A stretch of DNA of 64,000 bases from a bacterium (GTDB taxonomy: Bacteria > Patescibacteriota > Patescibacteriia > Patescibacteriales > UBA12465): contig DAOMZR010000001.1 of NCBI GenBank assembly GCA_035400585.1, positions 127,347-191,346 on the forward strand. The letters run 5' to 3'. Positions within the stretch are counted from its first letter, which is position 1, and each line of letters starts with the position of its first letter. Position numbers and translations under genes: made by a program. The notes below the pieces were generated by a model. It ran no database searches, was not told where the DNA came from, and saw nothing but the letters and a program-made list of their open reading frames with translations. This document shows positions 44,717 through 54,524 of the stretch, one piece after another.

Positions 44717-45535
44717 ATGGATATTATTTTTCAAATAAAAGCTTTGATACTTGGAATCGTTCAAGGTTTTACTGAATTTTTGCCAATATCATCAACAGCT
44801 CACTTATTAATTTTTACAAAAATTTTAAGAATAGAGCTCGATGATTTTACTAAGAGCTTTATAATCATCATTCAATTCGCTTCTATCTTGGCGGTTGTTT
44901 TTTTATATTGGAAAAAAATAATAGATAATTTTTTTCCTTATTTTAAAAAAATCATTGTAGCTTTTTTGCCGACAGCCGTTTTGGGTTTAATCTTCTATAA
45001 AATTGTTAAAAATTTTTTGCAGGAAAGCTCTTTAATTATTTCTTTAGCTTTATTTTTTGGCGGGGTATTGATAATAGTATTGGAAAATTATTATTATCAA
45101 AAAAATTTAGCATCAACTTCTGTTTTTTCCGAAGAAGATCCCTTAAAAGAAATTAGTTATAAAAAATGTTTTTACATTGGCTTGTTTCAATCTATAGCCA
45201 TGATTCCTGGTGTTTCCAGGTCGGCGGCTACTATTTTTGGTGGTTTGTTTTTAGGAATTAGTCGTCGAGCAATTGTCGAATTTTCCTTTTTATTAGCCAT
45301 ACCAACAATGGCAGCTGCCACTGGCTTAGATCTATTAAAAACAGAGATAAATTTTAACCAAAGCCAGATATTGTTTCTTTTTTTAGGTTTCTTGAGTTCT
45401 TTTTTAGTGGCCATGTTTTCCATTAAATTTTTATTAGCTTTTGTTAAGAAGAGCAATTTTAAACCTTTTGCTTGGTATAGAATATTAATTGGATTATTGA
45501 CTTTTTTGTTTTTTTGTATTAATATCTGGAGTTAA
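44717..45535 (+). CDS. uppP: undecaprenyl-diphosphate phosphatase
   Basis: GIVQGFTEFLPISSTAHL and PGVSRSAATI. Confidence 0.9.
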   Translation: MDIIFQIKALILGIVQGFTEFLPISSTAHLLIFTKILRIELDDFTKSFIIIIQFASILAVVFLYWKKIIDNFFPYFKKIIVAFLPTAVLGLIFYKIVKNFLQESSLIISLALFFGGVLIIVLENYYYQKNLASTSVFSEEDPLKEISYKKCFYIGLFQSIAMIPGVSRSAATIFGGLFLGISRRAIVEFSFLLAIPTMAAATGLDLLKTEINFNQSQILFLFLGFLSSFLVAMFSIKFLLAFVKKSNFKPFAWYRILIGLLTFLFFCINIWS

Positions 45536-45571
45536 GTATAAGAGTAAATTAACAATAAAATAATAATAACG

Positions 45572-46303
45572 ATGATTAAAAAAGAGAAAATTATTGATTT
45601 TTCGGAATGGACCGTCGCTTTTGATTTTGATGGTACACTAGTAAAAACAACAGAAATTGGGGTTAATAGAATTAAAACTGTTTGTTCAGAGATTGGTTTG
45701 CCGTCAAATAAAATGCCTGACAACCAAATTCTCAGATCTTTGTGGGGAATGCCTTATCACGACTTAATACAGGTTATTTCAGATGAACTTCTTTGGAATC
45801 AAAGTGAACTTAAGTCTTTTTGGGAGGAAGATACTATTTATGAGCTTCATAAAAATCCAAAACCAAAAAGAAATATTTTTATCAATTCCGGATTAAGATA
45901 TCTTCATGAGGTTGGGATAGATTTAATGATAATATCTAGCAGGGAAAAGAAATCAATAATTGAAGTGGCAACTGATGCCAAACTGAATTTAGATTTTTTT
46001 AAGTTTATTCAGGGAAATGGTTGCCATGATTTTATAAAGCCTGATCCTCGTGTTTTTGATCCAATAAAAAAAAGTTTGAATGATTCAGGTAGAGATATTG
46101 GTAAGTTGATATATGTAGGCGACACTGTTAAAGCTGATTTTGAAGCAGCTAAGAAAGCAAATCTCAAATTTGCAGCTATTGCATCTTCATTTATTTCTAC
46201 TCCAGCTGATTTTATGGCCGCTGGCTTAGATAAAAAGCTTATTTTTACCAACCCGGCTGATTTTTGCATTGATATTGATTTGGTTATAAAATCATATTCT
46301 TGA
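45572..46303 (+). CDS. HAD superfamily hydrolase
   Basis: Motif I FDFDGTLV and motif IV GDTVKAD. Confidence 0.8.
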   Translation: MIKKEKIIDFSEWTVAFDFDGTLVKTTEIGVNRIKTVCSEIGLPSNKMPDNQILRSLWGMPYHDLIQVISDELLWNQSELKSFWEEDTIYELHKNPKPKRNIFINSGLRYLHEVGIDLMIISSREKKSIIEVATDAKLNLDFFKFIQGNGCHDFIKPDPRVFDPIKKSLNDSGRDIGKLIYVGDTVKADFEAAKKANLKFAAIASSFISTPADFMAAGLDKKLIFTNPADFCIDIDLVIKSYS

Positions 46304-46314
46304 TTTTTTAAATC

Positions 46315-46344
46315 AAAAAACCGCTCTTTAAAGCGGTTTTTTTT
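46315..46344. terminator. bidirectional intrinsic terminator
   Basis: ccgct ctttaa agcgg flanked by A6 and T8, between convergent genes. Confidence 0.75.
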
Positions 46345-46371
46345 ATATTATTTTCTGAGCTGTAGTTTTTT

Positions 46372-47058
46372 TTAAGAAGCAACCTTAATTCCTTTTCCCA
46401 TGGTCGAATTTAAACTAACATTCTTGATATAAACTCCTTTAGAAGAAGCTGGTTTAGCTCTTTTTATGGCCTCTAAAAGAGTATTGAAGTTCTCCTCTAA
46501 AGCTTTATTTTCAAAGCTAACCTTGCCAATTATAGCATGAACATTTCCAGTATCGTCATTTTTAAAGCTTACCTTACCCTTTTTTAATTCAGCCACTGTT
46601 TTAGCTGGATTGTTGGTAACAGTTTCGTTTTTAGGAGAAGGCATTAAACCTCTTGTTCCTAATATTTTAGCGATCTTGGCTAAATTTTTCATCATGTCTA
46701 CTTCGGCAATGGCAATATCAAAATTGGTTTTCTCTGTTTTTTTAATTTCTTCAATCAAATCATCACCACCAACCAAATCAGCACCAGCCTCTTTTACTTC
46801 TTTTTCTTTAGCAGAAGAAACAAAAGCAGCTATTCTGACGGTTTTTCCGGTTCCATTTGGTAGACTCACGGCTGATCTTACTTGTTGATCTCCTTTCTTG
46901 TTGTCTATACCTAGGCGAAAATGAACTTCGATTGAAGCATCAAATTTGGCTTTATGATTTTTTTTACATATTTCAATTGCTTCAGCAATAGAATAAGTTT
47001 TTTCTTTGTCAAAATTTTCCATAGTTTTTTGTGGTGGTAACGAATTAAATTCTCCCAC
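46372..47058 (-). CDS. rplA: ribosomal protein L1
   Basis: L1 pattern (FDASIEVHFRLGID, GTGKTVRIAAF, LMPSPKNETVT). The start is uncertain: GTG at 47058 or ATG at 47022. Confidence 0.9.
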   Translation of the reverse strand: MGEFNSLPPQKTMENFDKEKTYSIAEAIEICKKNHKAKFDASIEVHFRLGIDNKKGDQQVRSAVSLPNGTGKTVRIAAFVSSAKEKEVKEAGADLVGGDDLIEEIKKTEKTNFDIAIAEVDMMKNLAKIAKILGTRGLMPSPKNETVTNNPAKTVAELKKGKVSFKNDDTGNVHAIIGKVSFENKALEENFNTLLEAIKRAKPASSKGVYIKNVSLNSTMGKGIKVAS

Positions 47059-47071
47059 ATTAATTATATTA

Positions 47072-47494
47072 TTATTTTATCTCTACGCCCATTTGTCTAG
47101 CGGTACCAGCAATAATATTCATGGCAGCTTCTAAATTGTCGGTATTTAAATCAGACATTTTTATTTTAGCTATTTCAGCTAATTGTTCCTTAGTGATAGA
47201 ACCAACCTTTTGACTTAATGGTTTTCCGGATCCTTTTTGAATTTTAGCAAATTTTTTAATTAATTCAGAAGCCGGAGGGGACTTCATTATAAAGTCAAAA
47301 GTTCTATCTTCGTAAACACTAATTTCAACCGGGGTTATTTCTCCCATTCTGTCGCGACTAGCTTCATTGAATTTTGAACAAAAGTCCTGAATGTTTAATC
47401 CATGTTGACCTAAGGCTGGACCAACAGGGGAGGCTGGATTAGCTTGTCCGGCTGGTATTTGTAATTTTATTTTGGTTAATAATTTTTTTGCCAT
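47072..47494 (-). CDS. rplK: ribosomal protein L11
   Basis: [23 protein letters not shown]. Confidence 0.95.
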   Translation of the reverse strand: MAKKLLTKIKLQIPAGQANPASPVGPALGQHGLNIQDFCSKFNEASRDRMGEITPVEISVYEDRTFDFIMKSPPASELIKKFAKIQKGSGKPLSQKVGSITKEQLAEIAKIKMSDLNTDNLEAAMNIIAGTARQMGVEIK

Positions 47495-47545
47495 ATTTTT
47501 GTTTTTATATGATTTGAGAAGCGAACTCTAAAGAGTTCCAAATCT

Positions 47546-48091
47546 TTATACTTTTTTAATTTGTAAAAAATCCAATTCAACTGGAGTCTCTCTGCCAAAC
47601 ATTGATACATTAACTTTAATTTTGCCCTTAGCTTCATCAATATTGGTTATTTTTCCTTCAAAGTTTTTGAATGGTCCATCGGTTATTTTTACAACCTCTC
47701 CTTCAACAACGTCTATTTTAAACTTTGGTTCTTCAACCCCCATTCTTTTCATTAATCCTTGTACCTCTTTTTCACTGATTGGGGTTGGAACAGTTCCGAC
47801 ACCTATAAAACCAGTAACATTGGGAGTGTTTCTAACTATATACCATGACTCATCAGTAACAATCATTTCAACTAAGACATAGCCAGGAAATATTTTTTCC
47901 TCAATAACTTTTCTTTTTCCGTTTTTTATTTTTATTTTCTTTTCTGTTGGAACTAAAACGTTAAAAATTTTATCTCCAGCATCTAGAGTTTCTATCCTTT
48001 GTTTTAAATTGTGGGCAACATTTTCTTCGTAACCAGAATAAGTATGAAGAACATACCATCTTTTGCCCTGGTCTAGATTTTGTTTAGCCAT
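47546..48091 (-). CDS. nusG: transcription antitermination factor NusG
   Basis: KRWYVLHTYSGYE NGN domain and a C-terminal KOW (GEVVKITDGPFKNFEG). Confidence 0.95.
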   Translation of the reverse strand: MAKQNLDQGKRWYVLHTYSGYEENVAHNLKQRIETLDAGDKIFNVLVPTEKKIKIKNGKRKVIEEKIFPGYVLVEMIVTDESWYIVRNTPNVTGFIGVGTVPTPISEKEVQGLMKRMGVEEPKFKIDVVEGEVVKITDGPFKNFEGKITNIDEAKGKIKVNVSMFGRETPVELDFLQIKKV

Positions 48092-48096
48092 ATTTA

Positions 48097-48279
48097 TTAT
48101 TTAATTAAAAATTCTAAACCTAAATTGAAGATGAAATCAAGACCACCCAAAAACACAGCCGTTGCCAAGCTAACTCCAACTACTAACAATGTGTAGTTGT
48201 AGGTTTCTTTTTTTGTTGGCCAGCTTACTTTTTTCAACTCAATTATAGAATTTTTTATATAATTACTGAATTTGCTCAT
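48097..48279 (-). CDS. secE: preprotein translocase subunit SecE
   Basis: 60 aa. ELKKVSWPTKKET followed by a single TM. Lies immediately upstream of nusG. Confidence 0.8.
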   Translation of the reverse strand: MSKFSNYIKNSIIELKKVSWPTKKETYNYTLLVVGVSLATAVFLGGLDFIFNLGLEFLIK

Positions 48280-48420
48280 ATTTTTTAAATTAAAAAAGCC
48301 TTATTTGGCTACGAGTACATAATAATAAAGAAAAAAATAAAAGTCAACACCTTTTATTGATTTTTTTATATTAATATAGTATTATAATTTTAGTTAAAAT
48401 AATAAAAAACATTAAATATT

Positions 48421-50127
48421 ATGGTTAGTCCTAATTTGACAAAAAAGCAGGAAAGTAGTTTTGATGTGGATTTAGATATAAAAAGGCTTTTTCAAATAGT
48501 TTATACCGAAAAGAACAATTTAAACAAATCTAAAAACAAAGAAGCTAATATTAGTGTTTCTACAATGGGATCAAAGTTGGCTTTTTTTTATGAAAAATTA
48601 AGAAATGCCGTTGATTATGATGATGATTATTTGCTTCGAAAAAATGCCATTAAAAGAATATTGAAAAGACAAATATTAATTGAGGGTGTTATTAAAAAAT
48701 CAGAAAGTGAAGACATTTCTTCTCATTTGTTGACTGAACTAATCCAAGCTGGTTATTTACCTAACAACTCAATTCCAGAAAAAAAGATTTATGAAATCGG
48801 AGAGATAATAGATAAGTATATAAAACTTAAATATTATAGTTTTCAAAAGGAAAGTTTTTTTTCTATTTTGTCTGAGTCTTTCGGGTTTAGAAATAAAAGG
48901 AAGAGAACTAGTAAGGCTAAAAAGATTTTAATTAATTGGGTCATATCTTTAGCTGCCGCTGAAATTGAAGAAAATTTATCAGAAGATTCTGTTAAAAAAG
49001 AAATGGTTAGTAAGATGTTTGAAATTTTAAAGGATAATATAAAAATTCCTAGAGATTTGCCATTTGAAAATGATTTGGATGTTCAAATATATTTAAGCAT
49101 CTGTCGCAATTTTCTTCGTTATGACAATGATCTTTTAAATTTAATTGCTTTTAAATATTACAATAAAAATTGGAAAAAAGCCGATGATGATAAAATAATT
49201 AAAATTTCTGAAAAAATTGATAAGCTATACTTGGCTGTTTCTAACCAATTAAAGCATCCCCTAATTAAACAAGTTGATAAAATAGTTAAATCTTATTCTT
49301 TATATTTTTCCATTTTGCGAGAGGCTATAGATGAAAATCCTTTGAAAGTTTATGAGTTTGCTGTTAGCAACTATAAGGCTTTCATGAGTTTTATTAAAGA
49401 AATTAGTCAAAGAAGATATAAAAAAATAAGAAAAAAACTATGGTCTTCTGGTTGGCGAAGTATAATTTATATATTTTTAACAAAATCGATTTTTGTTTTT
49501 GCTCTAGAGATTCCAGCTATTAAATTTTTTGGAGAACAATTAAATCCAATATCTTTAAGCATCAATGTAGCTTTTCCGGCCGTGCTTTTGTTTGCCATGA
49601 TACTTTTCACTTGGAGTCCTGCCAAAGAAAACGAAAAAAAGATACTCGAAGGAATAGAGGAGATTGTTTTTACCGAAAAAAGACAAAAATATTCCATGAT
49701 TTTAAGAAAACCAGCCAAAAGAAGTTTTTTTATGGACTTTGTTTTTAATCTTCTTTACATCACTGGATTTTCAATAACTATATATTTTATTATAAAGGGC
49801 TTAACTTTAATCGATTTTAATTGGGTTAATATTACTATTTTCTTATTCTTTTTAACTTTTGTTAGTTTTTTCAGTTTTAGAATAAAAAGAGAAACAAAAA
49901 GATTCATAATAGTAGAGCATAAAGATGGTTTTATTAGTTTTTTGTTTGATTTCTTTTATATGCCGATAGTTGCTACTGGAAAATTTTTATCAGACAACGT
50001 TTCTAGAATTAATATTTTTATTTTCATTTTAGACTTTATTATTGAAGCGCCATTTAAGGTGTTTGTAGAAATATTTGATGATTGGGTTAAATATGTAAAA
50101 GAAAGAAAGGAAGATTTAATCAATTAA
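48421..50127 (+). CDS. hypothetical membrane protein (568 aa; soluble N-half, about 4-5 TM in the C-half)
   Basis: Long ORF with native composition. No motif recognised. Confidence 0.6.
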   Translation: MVSPNLTKKQESSFDVDLDIKRLFQIVYTEKNNLNKSKNKEANISVSTMGSKLAFFYEKLRNAVDYDDDYLLRKNAIKRILKRQILIEGVIKKSESEDISSHLLTELIQAGYLPNNSIPEKKIYEIGEIIDKYIKLKYYSFQKESFFSILSESFGFRNKRKRTSKAKKILINWVISLAAAEIEENLSEDSVKKEMVSKMFEILKDNIKIPRDLPFENDLDVQIYLSICRNFLRYDNDLLNLIAFKYYNKNWKKADDDKIIKISEKIDKLYLAVSNQLKHPLIKQVDKIVKSYSLYFSILREAIDENPLKVYEFAVSNYKAFMSFIKEISQRRYKKIRKKLWSSGWRSIIYIFLTKSIFVFALEIPAIKFFGEQLNPISLSINVAFPAVLLFAMILFTWSPAKENEKKILEGIEEIVFTEKRQKYSMILRKPAKRSFFMDFVFNLLYITGFSITIYFIIKGLTLIDFNWVNITIFLFFLTFVSFFSFRIKRETKRFIIVEHKDGFISFLFDFFYMPIVATGKFLSDNVSRINIFIFILDFIIEAPFKVFVEIFDDWVKYVKERKEDLIN

Positions 50128-50133
50128 TTTTTT

Positions 50134-50802
50134 ATGAGTTTATATTTAGTAGCAACTCCTATTGGTAATTTAGAGGATATAACTTTAAGAGCTTTAAGGA
50201 CTTTAAAAGAGTCCGATTATATTTTAAGTGAAGATACTAGGGTGGCAAAAAAACTTTTAGATCATTATCAAATAAAAAAACCTTTAATATCTTTTCATCA
50301 TCATACTTCGGAAAGTAAATATAAAGAAGTTTTGTCTTATTTGCAAAAAGGTTTAAATATATCTTTTGTTAGCGATGCTGGCACGCCAGCCATCTCTGAC
50401 CCAGGTGGTCTTTTGATTGATTTTATTAGAAGAAATGATCCAGAAATTTTTATTGAACCAATACCAGGAGCTTCGGCCTTAACAGCGGCTATTTCTGTTT
50501 CTGGTATTAAAATTGATAAGTTTTTATTTTTTGGTTTTTTACCACATAAAAAAGGAAGAAATAAAATGATAGATGAGATTTTATCTAGTAAATATCCAGT
50601 TGTTTTGTTCGAGTCAAAACATCGAATTCTAAAGTTGTTAGAAGAAATCTCCTCAACTTCTTCGAGTAAAAAAATTATGATATTTAGAGAACTTAGCAAA
50701 ATGCACTATAGTTTTTATGATGGTAGCGCCAAGGAATTACTAGCCAGATTTAAAGAGGGCAAGGATTCTTTAAAGGGAGAGTTTACCGCTATTATTTATT
50801 AA
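50134..50802 (+). CDS. rsmI: 16S rRNA (cytidine1402-2'-O)-methyltransferase
   Basis: LYLVATPIGNLEDITLRAL, SDAGTPAISDPG. Confidence 0.9.
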   Translation: MSLYLVATPIGNLEDITLRALRTLKESDYILSEDTRVAKKLLDHYQIKKPLISFHHHTSESKYKEVLSYLQKGLNISFVSDAGTPAISDPGGLLIDFIRRNDPEIFIEPIPGASALTAAISVSGIKIDKFLFFGFLPHKKGRNKMIDEILSSKYPVVLFESKHRILKLLEEISSTSSSKKIMIFRELSKMHYSFYDGSAKELLARFKEGKDSLKGEFTAIIY

Positions 50803-50818
50803 TTTTAAATATTTTTTT

Positions 50819-51331
50819 ATGATTGACATTATTCTTTTGATTTTTTTATCACTTTTTGTTATTTATGGTTTTTATGTTGGTCTAGTTCGAATGGCCTTGA
50901 ATTTATTAGCTTCAATACTGGGTATAATTTTATCTATAAAATTTTATGATGCTTTTTATGAATTATTTCCATTTATTGGCTTTGGTTCAGATTCGCTTGG
51001 TAAAGTTATATCTTTTATCGTTGTTTTAAGTATAATTTCTTTTATTTTGAGCTTTGGTTTTAAATTATTAGGAAAAATTTTAAAAATAATAACCTCTTTA
51101 CCGGTTATTTCATTGGCCAATAGATTGGCTGGTGGTGCTTTCGGATTAATTCAGGGATTGTTTATAATCGGCGCTATTCTTTTTGTTTTATCTTACTATG
51201 CAGTCTTAAATGGTTTATTAAATTTTGTTATTTCAAACTCAGAAATATCACCTGTTTTTATTAAAGCTGTTTATTGGTTAAAACCTTTTATACCAGAGGC
51301 TCTGAAAGTTTTGCAATCAGCGATTATCTAA
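50819..51331 (+). CDS. cvpA: CvpA family membrane protein
   Basis: 170 aa with four hydrophobic helices. N-terminus DIILLIFLSLFVIYGFYVGLV. Confidence 0.7.
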   Translation: MIDIILLIFLSLFVIYGFYVGLVRMALNLLASILGIILSIKFYDAFYELFPFIGFGSDSLGKVISFIVVLSIISFILSFGFKLLGKILKIITSLPVISLANRLAGGAFGLIQGLFIIGAILFVLSYYAVLNGLLNFVISNSEISPVFIKAVYWLKPFIPEALKVLQSAII

Positions 51332-51500
51332 ATTTTTATTTAAATAATTTTTGTTTGCCAAAAATAAATTTTTTGATTAAAATAATAAAGTTAGTTGTTA
51401 GCTTTTTTTTGTTGATTTTAACATAACTGGAAATTGCCAGTTTATTTTTAAAGTCTTTAAAGAAGGAGTAGTATAAGATTAATAATAATTGTAAATAATT

Positions 51501-52769
51501 ATGACTGATAAAGGTAATAAAAAAAACAAAATTAAGAATATTATTAAAAATATTTTGTTTGTTTTTCTAGGCGTTTTTATTTTATTAGTGGCTTTTTTAA
51601 GTGGAGCTAGTTTGGCGGTTGAAAACAATGTAGTTAAAAAAGTCGCCGAAAAAAATGTTATTTTTTTAGGGCGTTTGTCTGGGAAATATAGCAAAGTTGA
51701 TAATCAAATAGCTCAAAATATAGATTTTGGTTTGTATTGGGATGTTTGGGATGCAATGAAAGAACTTTACGTTGATAAAGATCAGATTTCTGACAAACAG
51801 CTTTTTTATGGCTCACTAAAGGGTTTGGTTAACTCCTTAGAAGACCCTTATTCTGAGTTTATGGACCCCCAACTCACAAAAGAGTTTGAAGAAGACATGT
51901 CGGGCTCTTTTGAGGGTATTGGCGCCGAAATTGGTATTAGAGACGGTATTTTGACCGTAATTGCTCCTTTAGAGGGAACACCGGCTCAAAAGGCTGGATT
52001 AATGTCTGGTGACAAAATACTAGAAATAAATGGCGAAAGCACCAAAGACATGAATATTGATCAAGCGGTTAGTAAAATAAGAGGACCGAAGGGAACAGAA
52101 GTAGTTTTAAATATTTTTCGAACTGGTTTAGAGGATTTTAAGGACATTAATATTATTAGAGATACTATTGTTATTAAAAGTGTTTCTCTTGAAATTTTAG
52201 ATAATAATATTTTTTTAATTAAAATAAATGCCTTTAATGATGATACGGAATATCTTTTTTCTGATTTTGCTAAACAAGCTTTTGACAATAAGGCCAAGGG
52301 TGTTATTCTTGATTTAAGGAATAATCCCGGTGGTTATTTAGAAACTTCAGTTAATGTTTTAGGTGAATGGATAAATGGTGAAGTGGCTTTAGCAGAGAGA
52401 TTTACTGATGGTCATGAAATGGAATACATTGCCAAAGGCAATAATTATTTAAAAGATATACCAACCGTTGTTTTAATTAATTATGGAAGCGCTTCAGCCT
52501 CGGAGATAGTTTCTGGAGCTTTGCAGGATTATGGTAAAGCTAAAATAATTGGAGAAAAGAGTTATGGCAAAGGTTCGGTTCAAATGGTAAAAAATATAAA
52601 AGATGGATCTTCTTTAAAAATAACCATAGCTAAATGGTTAACCCCCAAAGGTCAAGACATAAATAAAGAAGGAATAAAGCCAGACGAGGAAGTAAAATTA
52701 AGTTTAGAGGATTTTGAAAATGACATCGACAATCAATTAAACAGAGCCTTAGAAATATTAAATCAATAA
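51501..52769 (+). CDS. S41 family C-terminal processing peptidase with PDZ domain
   Basis: PDZ region PAQKAGLMSGDKILEINGES, DLRNNPGG, catalytic GSASASEI and a downstream K in GEKSYGKGS. Confidence 0.9.
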   Translation: MTDKGNKKNKIKNIIKNILFVFLGVFILLVAFLSGASLAVENNVVKKVAEKNVIFLGRLSGKYSKVDNQIAQNIDFGLYWDVWDAMKELYVDKDQISDKQLFYGSLKGLVNSLEDPYSEFMDPQLTKEFEEDMSGSFEGIGAEIGIRDGILTVIAPLEGTPAQKAGLMSGDKILEINGESTKDMNIDQAVSKIRGPKGTEVVLNIFRTGLEDFKDINIIRDTIVIKSVSLEILDNNIFLIKINAFNDDTEYLFSDFAKQAFDNKAKGVILDLRNNPGGYLETSVNVLGEWINGEVALAERFTDGHEMEYIAKGNNYLKDIPTVVLINYGSASASEIVSGALQDYGKAKIIGEKSYGKGSVQMVKNIKDGSSLKITIAKWLTPKGQDINKEGIKPDEEVKLSLEDFENDIDNQLNRALEILNQ

Positions 52770-52791
52770 TTAAAATATATAAGTTAATGTT

Positions 52792-54447
52792 ATGAAAAAA
52801 GCGAAAACTAAGTTTATATTTGTGGTTGGTGGGGTGATGTCTGGGGTCGGTAAGGGCATAACCACTGCTTCAATTGCTCAAATTTTATCAAACAAGGGGT
52901 ATAATGTTAGCGCTATTAAAATTGATCCTTATATTAACGTTGACGCTGGAACCATGAACCCAGTTGAACATGGTGAGGTGTTTGTTACTGATGATGGTGA
53001 TGAAACCGATCAAGATATTGGAAATTATGAAAGATTTTTAAATAAAAATATTAATAAGGAAAATTACATGACCACTGGTCGTGTTTATCAGTCAGTTATT
53101 TCAAGAGAGAGAAATCTTGAATATGAAGGAAAGTGTGTTCAAGTTATTCCACACATTCCAATGGAAGTTAGGGATAGAATTAAAAAAGCAGCTGAAAAAA
53201 CAAAGGCCGAAATAGTAGTTATTGAAATTGGTGGAACCGTCGGTGAATATGAGAACCTTTTATTTTTAGAAGCAGCTAGAGTAATGAAATTAAAAAATCC
53301 TGAGGATGTTTTATTTGTAATGGTTTCTTATTTACCCATACCAAATAAAATAGGGGAAATGAAAACTAAACCCACACAGCATGCTGTTAGAAGCCTGAAT
53401 ACAGCTGGAATACAGCCAAATTTTATAGTTGCTAGATCGGAAAGGGATATTGATGATGTTCGTAGGGGAAAAATAGCTATCCATTGTAATGTTTCTAAGG
53501 AAGATGTTATTGCTGCTCCAGACATAGATTCAATTTATGAAGTTCCTGTTAATTTTGAAAAAAATAATTTTGGTAATAAAATATTAAAAAAATTAAATTT
53601 AAAATCCAGAAATACATCAAAAGGTAAAGAAAATTCAAAGAAATGGTTAGAAATGATTGATAATATAAAAAATACCAAAAAAGAGGTTAAGGTAGCAATT
53701 GTTGGTAAATACTTTGCTACCGGAGATTTTTCTCTGGGTGATTCTTATATCTCGGTTATTGAAGCTATCAAACATGCCGCTGCTTATAATAAAATAAAAG
53801 TTAGTTTAGAGTGGATTGGAACTGAGGATATCGAAAAAAATGGTTTAAAAAGTTTAAAGAATTTTGCTGGAGTCATCGTTCCTCAAGGATGGGGAAGTAG
53901 GGGTTCAGAAGGAAAAATAGAAACCATTAGATATTGTCGTGAAAATAAAATACCTTATCTTGGTTTATGTTATGGTATGCAAATGGCTGTAATTGAATTT
54001 GCCAGAAATGTCTGTAATTTGAAAGATGCTACTTCTGAAGAAATAAATTCAAAGAGTAAAAATAAGGTTATTCATATCATGCCAGAACAAGCAGAATTAA
54101 TTAAAAAGAGAGGTTATGGTGGAACTATTCGCTTGGGCTCTTGGCCATGTAAAATGGTTAAAAATACTAGATTAGAGAAGGCATACGACAAAATGGGATT
54201 TAAAGATGTGATAAACGAGAGACATCGTCATCGCTATGAATTTAATAATGATTTTAGAGAATTATTTGAAAAAAATGGTTTAACAATATCTGGCACATCT
54301 CCTGACGGTAAAATTGTCGAAGCCATAGAAATAAAAGATCATCCTTTTTTTGTTGGAGTTCAATTTCATCCAGAATATATTTCTAGGCCACTAAATCCGC
54401 ATCCTTTGTTCGTGGAGTTTGTAAGAGTTCTTAAAGGATTAAAATAA
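52792..54447 (+). CDS. pyrG: CTP synthase
   Basis: GGVMSGVGKGI, GLCYGMQ glutaminase Cys, HRHRYEFN. Confidence 0.95.
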   Translation: MKKAKTKFIFVVGGVMSGVGKGITTASIAQILSNKGYNVSAIKIDPYINVDAGTMNPVEHGEVFVTDDGDETDQDIGNYERFLNKNINKENYMTTGRVYQSVISRERNLEYEGKCVQVIPHIPMEVRDRIKKAAEKTKAEIVVIEIGGTVGEYENLLFLEAARVMKLKNPEDVLFVMVSYLPIPNKIGEMKTKPTQHAVRSLNTAGIQPNFIVARSERDIDDVRRGKIAIHCNVSKEDVIAAPDIDSIYEVPVNFEKNNFGNKILKKLNLKSRNTSKGKENSKKWLEMIDNIKNTKKEVKVAIVGKYFATGDFSLGDSYISVIEAIKHAAAYNKIKVSLEWIGTEDIEKNGLKSLKNFAGVIVPQGWGSRGSEGKIETIRYCRENKIPYLGLCYGMQMAVIEFARNVCNLKDATSEEINSKSKNKVIHIMPEQAELIKKRGYGGTIRLGSWPCKMVKNTRLEKAYDKMGFKDVINERHRHRYEFNNDFRELFEKNGLTISGTSPDGKIVEAIEIKDHPFFVGVQFHPEYISRPLNPHPLFVEFVRVLKGLK

Positions 54448-54477
54448 AAAATAGATAAGAACTTTATAAAAAAAAGA

Positions 54478-54506
54478 GGGAAGGCTTCAAAGCTTTCCCT
54501 TTTTGT
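54478..54506. terminator. intrinsic terminator between convergent pyrG and the lipoprotein gene
   Basis: gggaaggct tcaa agctttccc (one G-U pair on the plus strand) followed by a T-run, with an A-run upstream. Confidence 0.7.
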
Positions 54507-54524
54507 TTTTTTGTTTGGAAACGA

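Noticed and set aside
47495-47545. Hairpin gaactc-ttta-gagttc between nusG and rplK as a possible L1/L11 autoregulatory leader
   Set aside because: It is only a 6-bp stem with no recognisable L1-binding (23S H77/78-like) motif that I can verify by eye. It is left unannotated.
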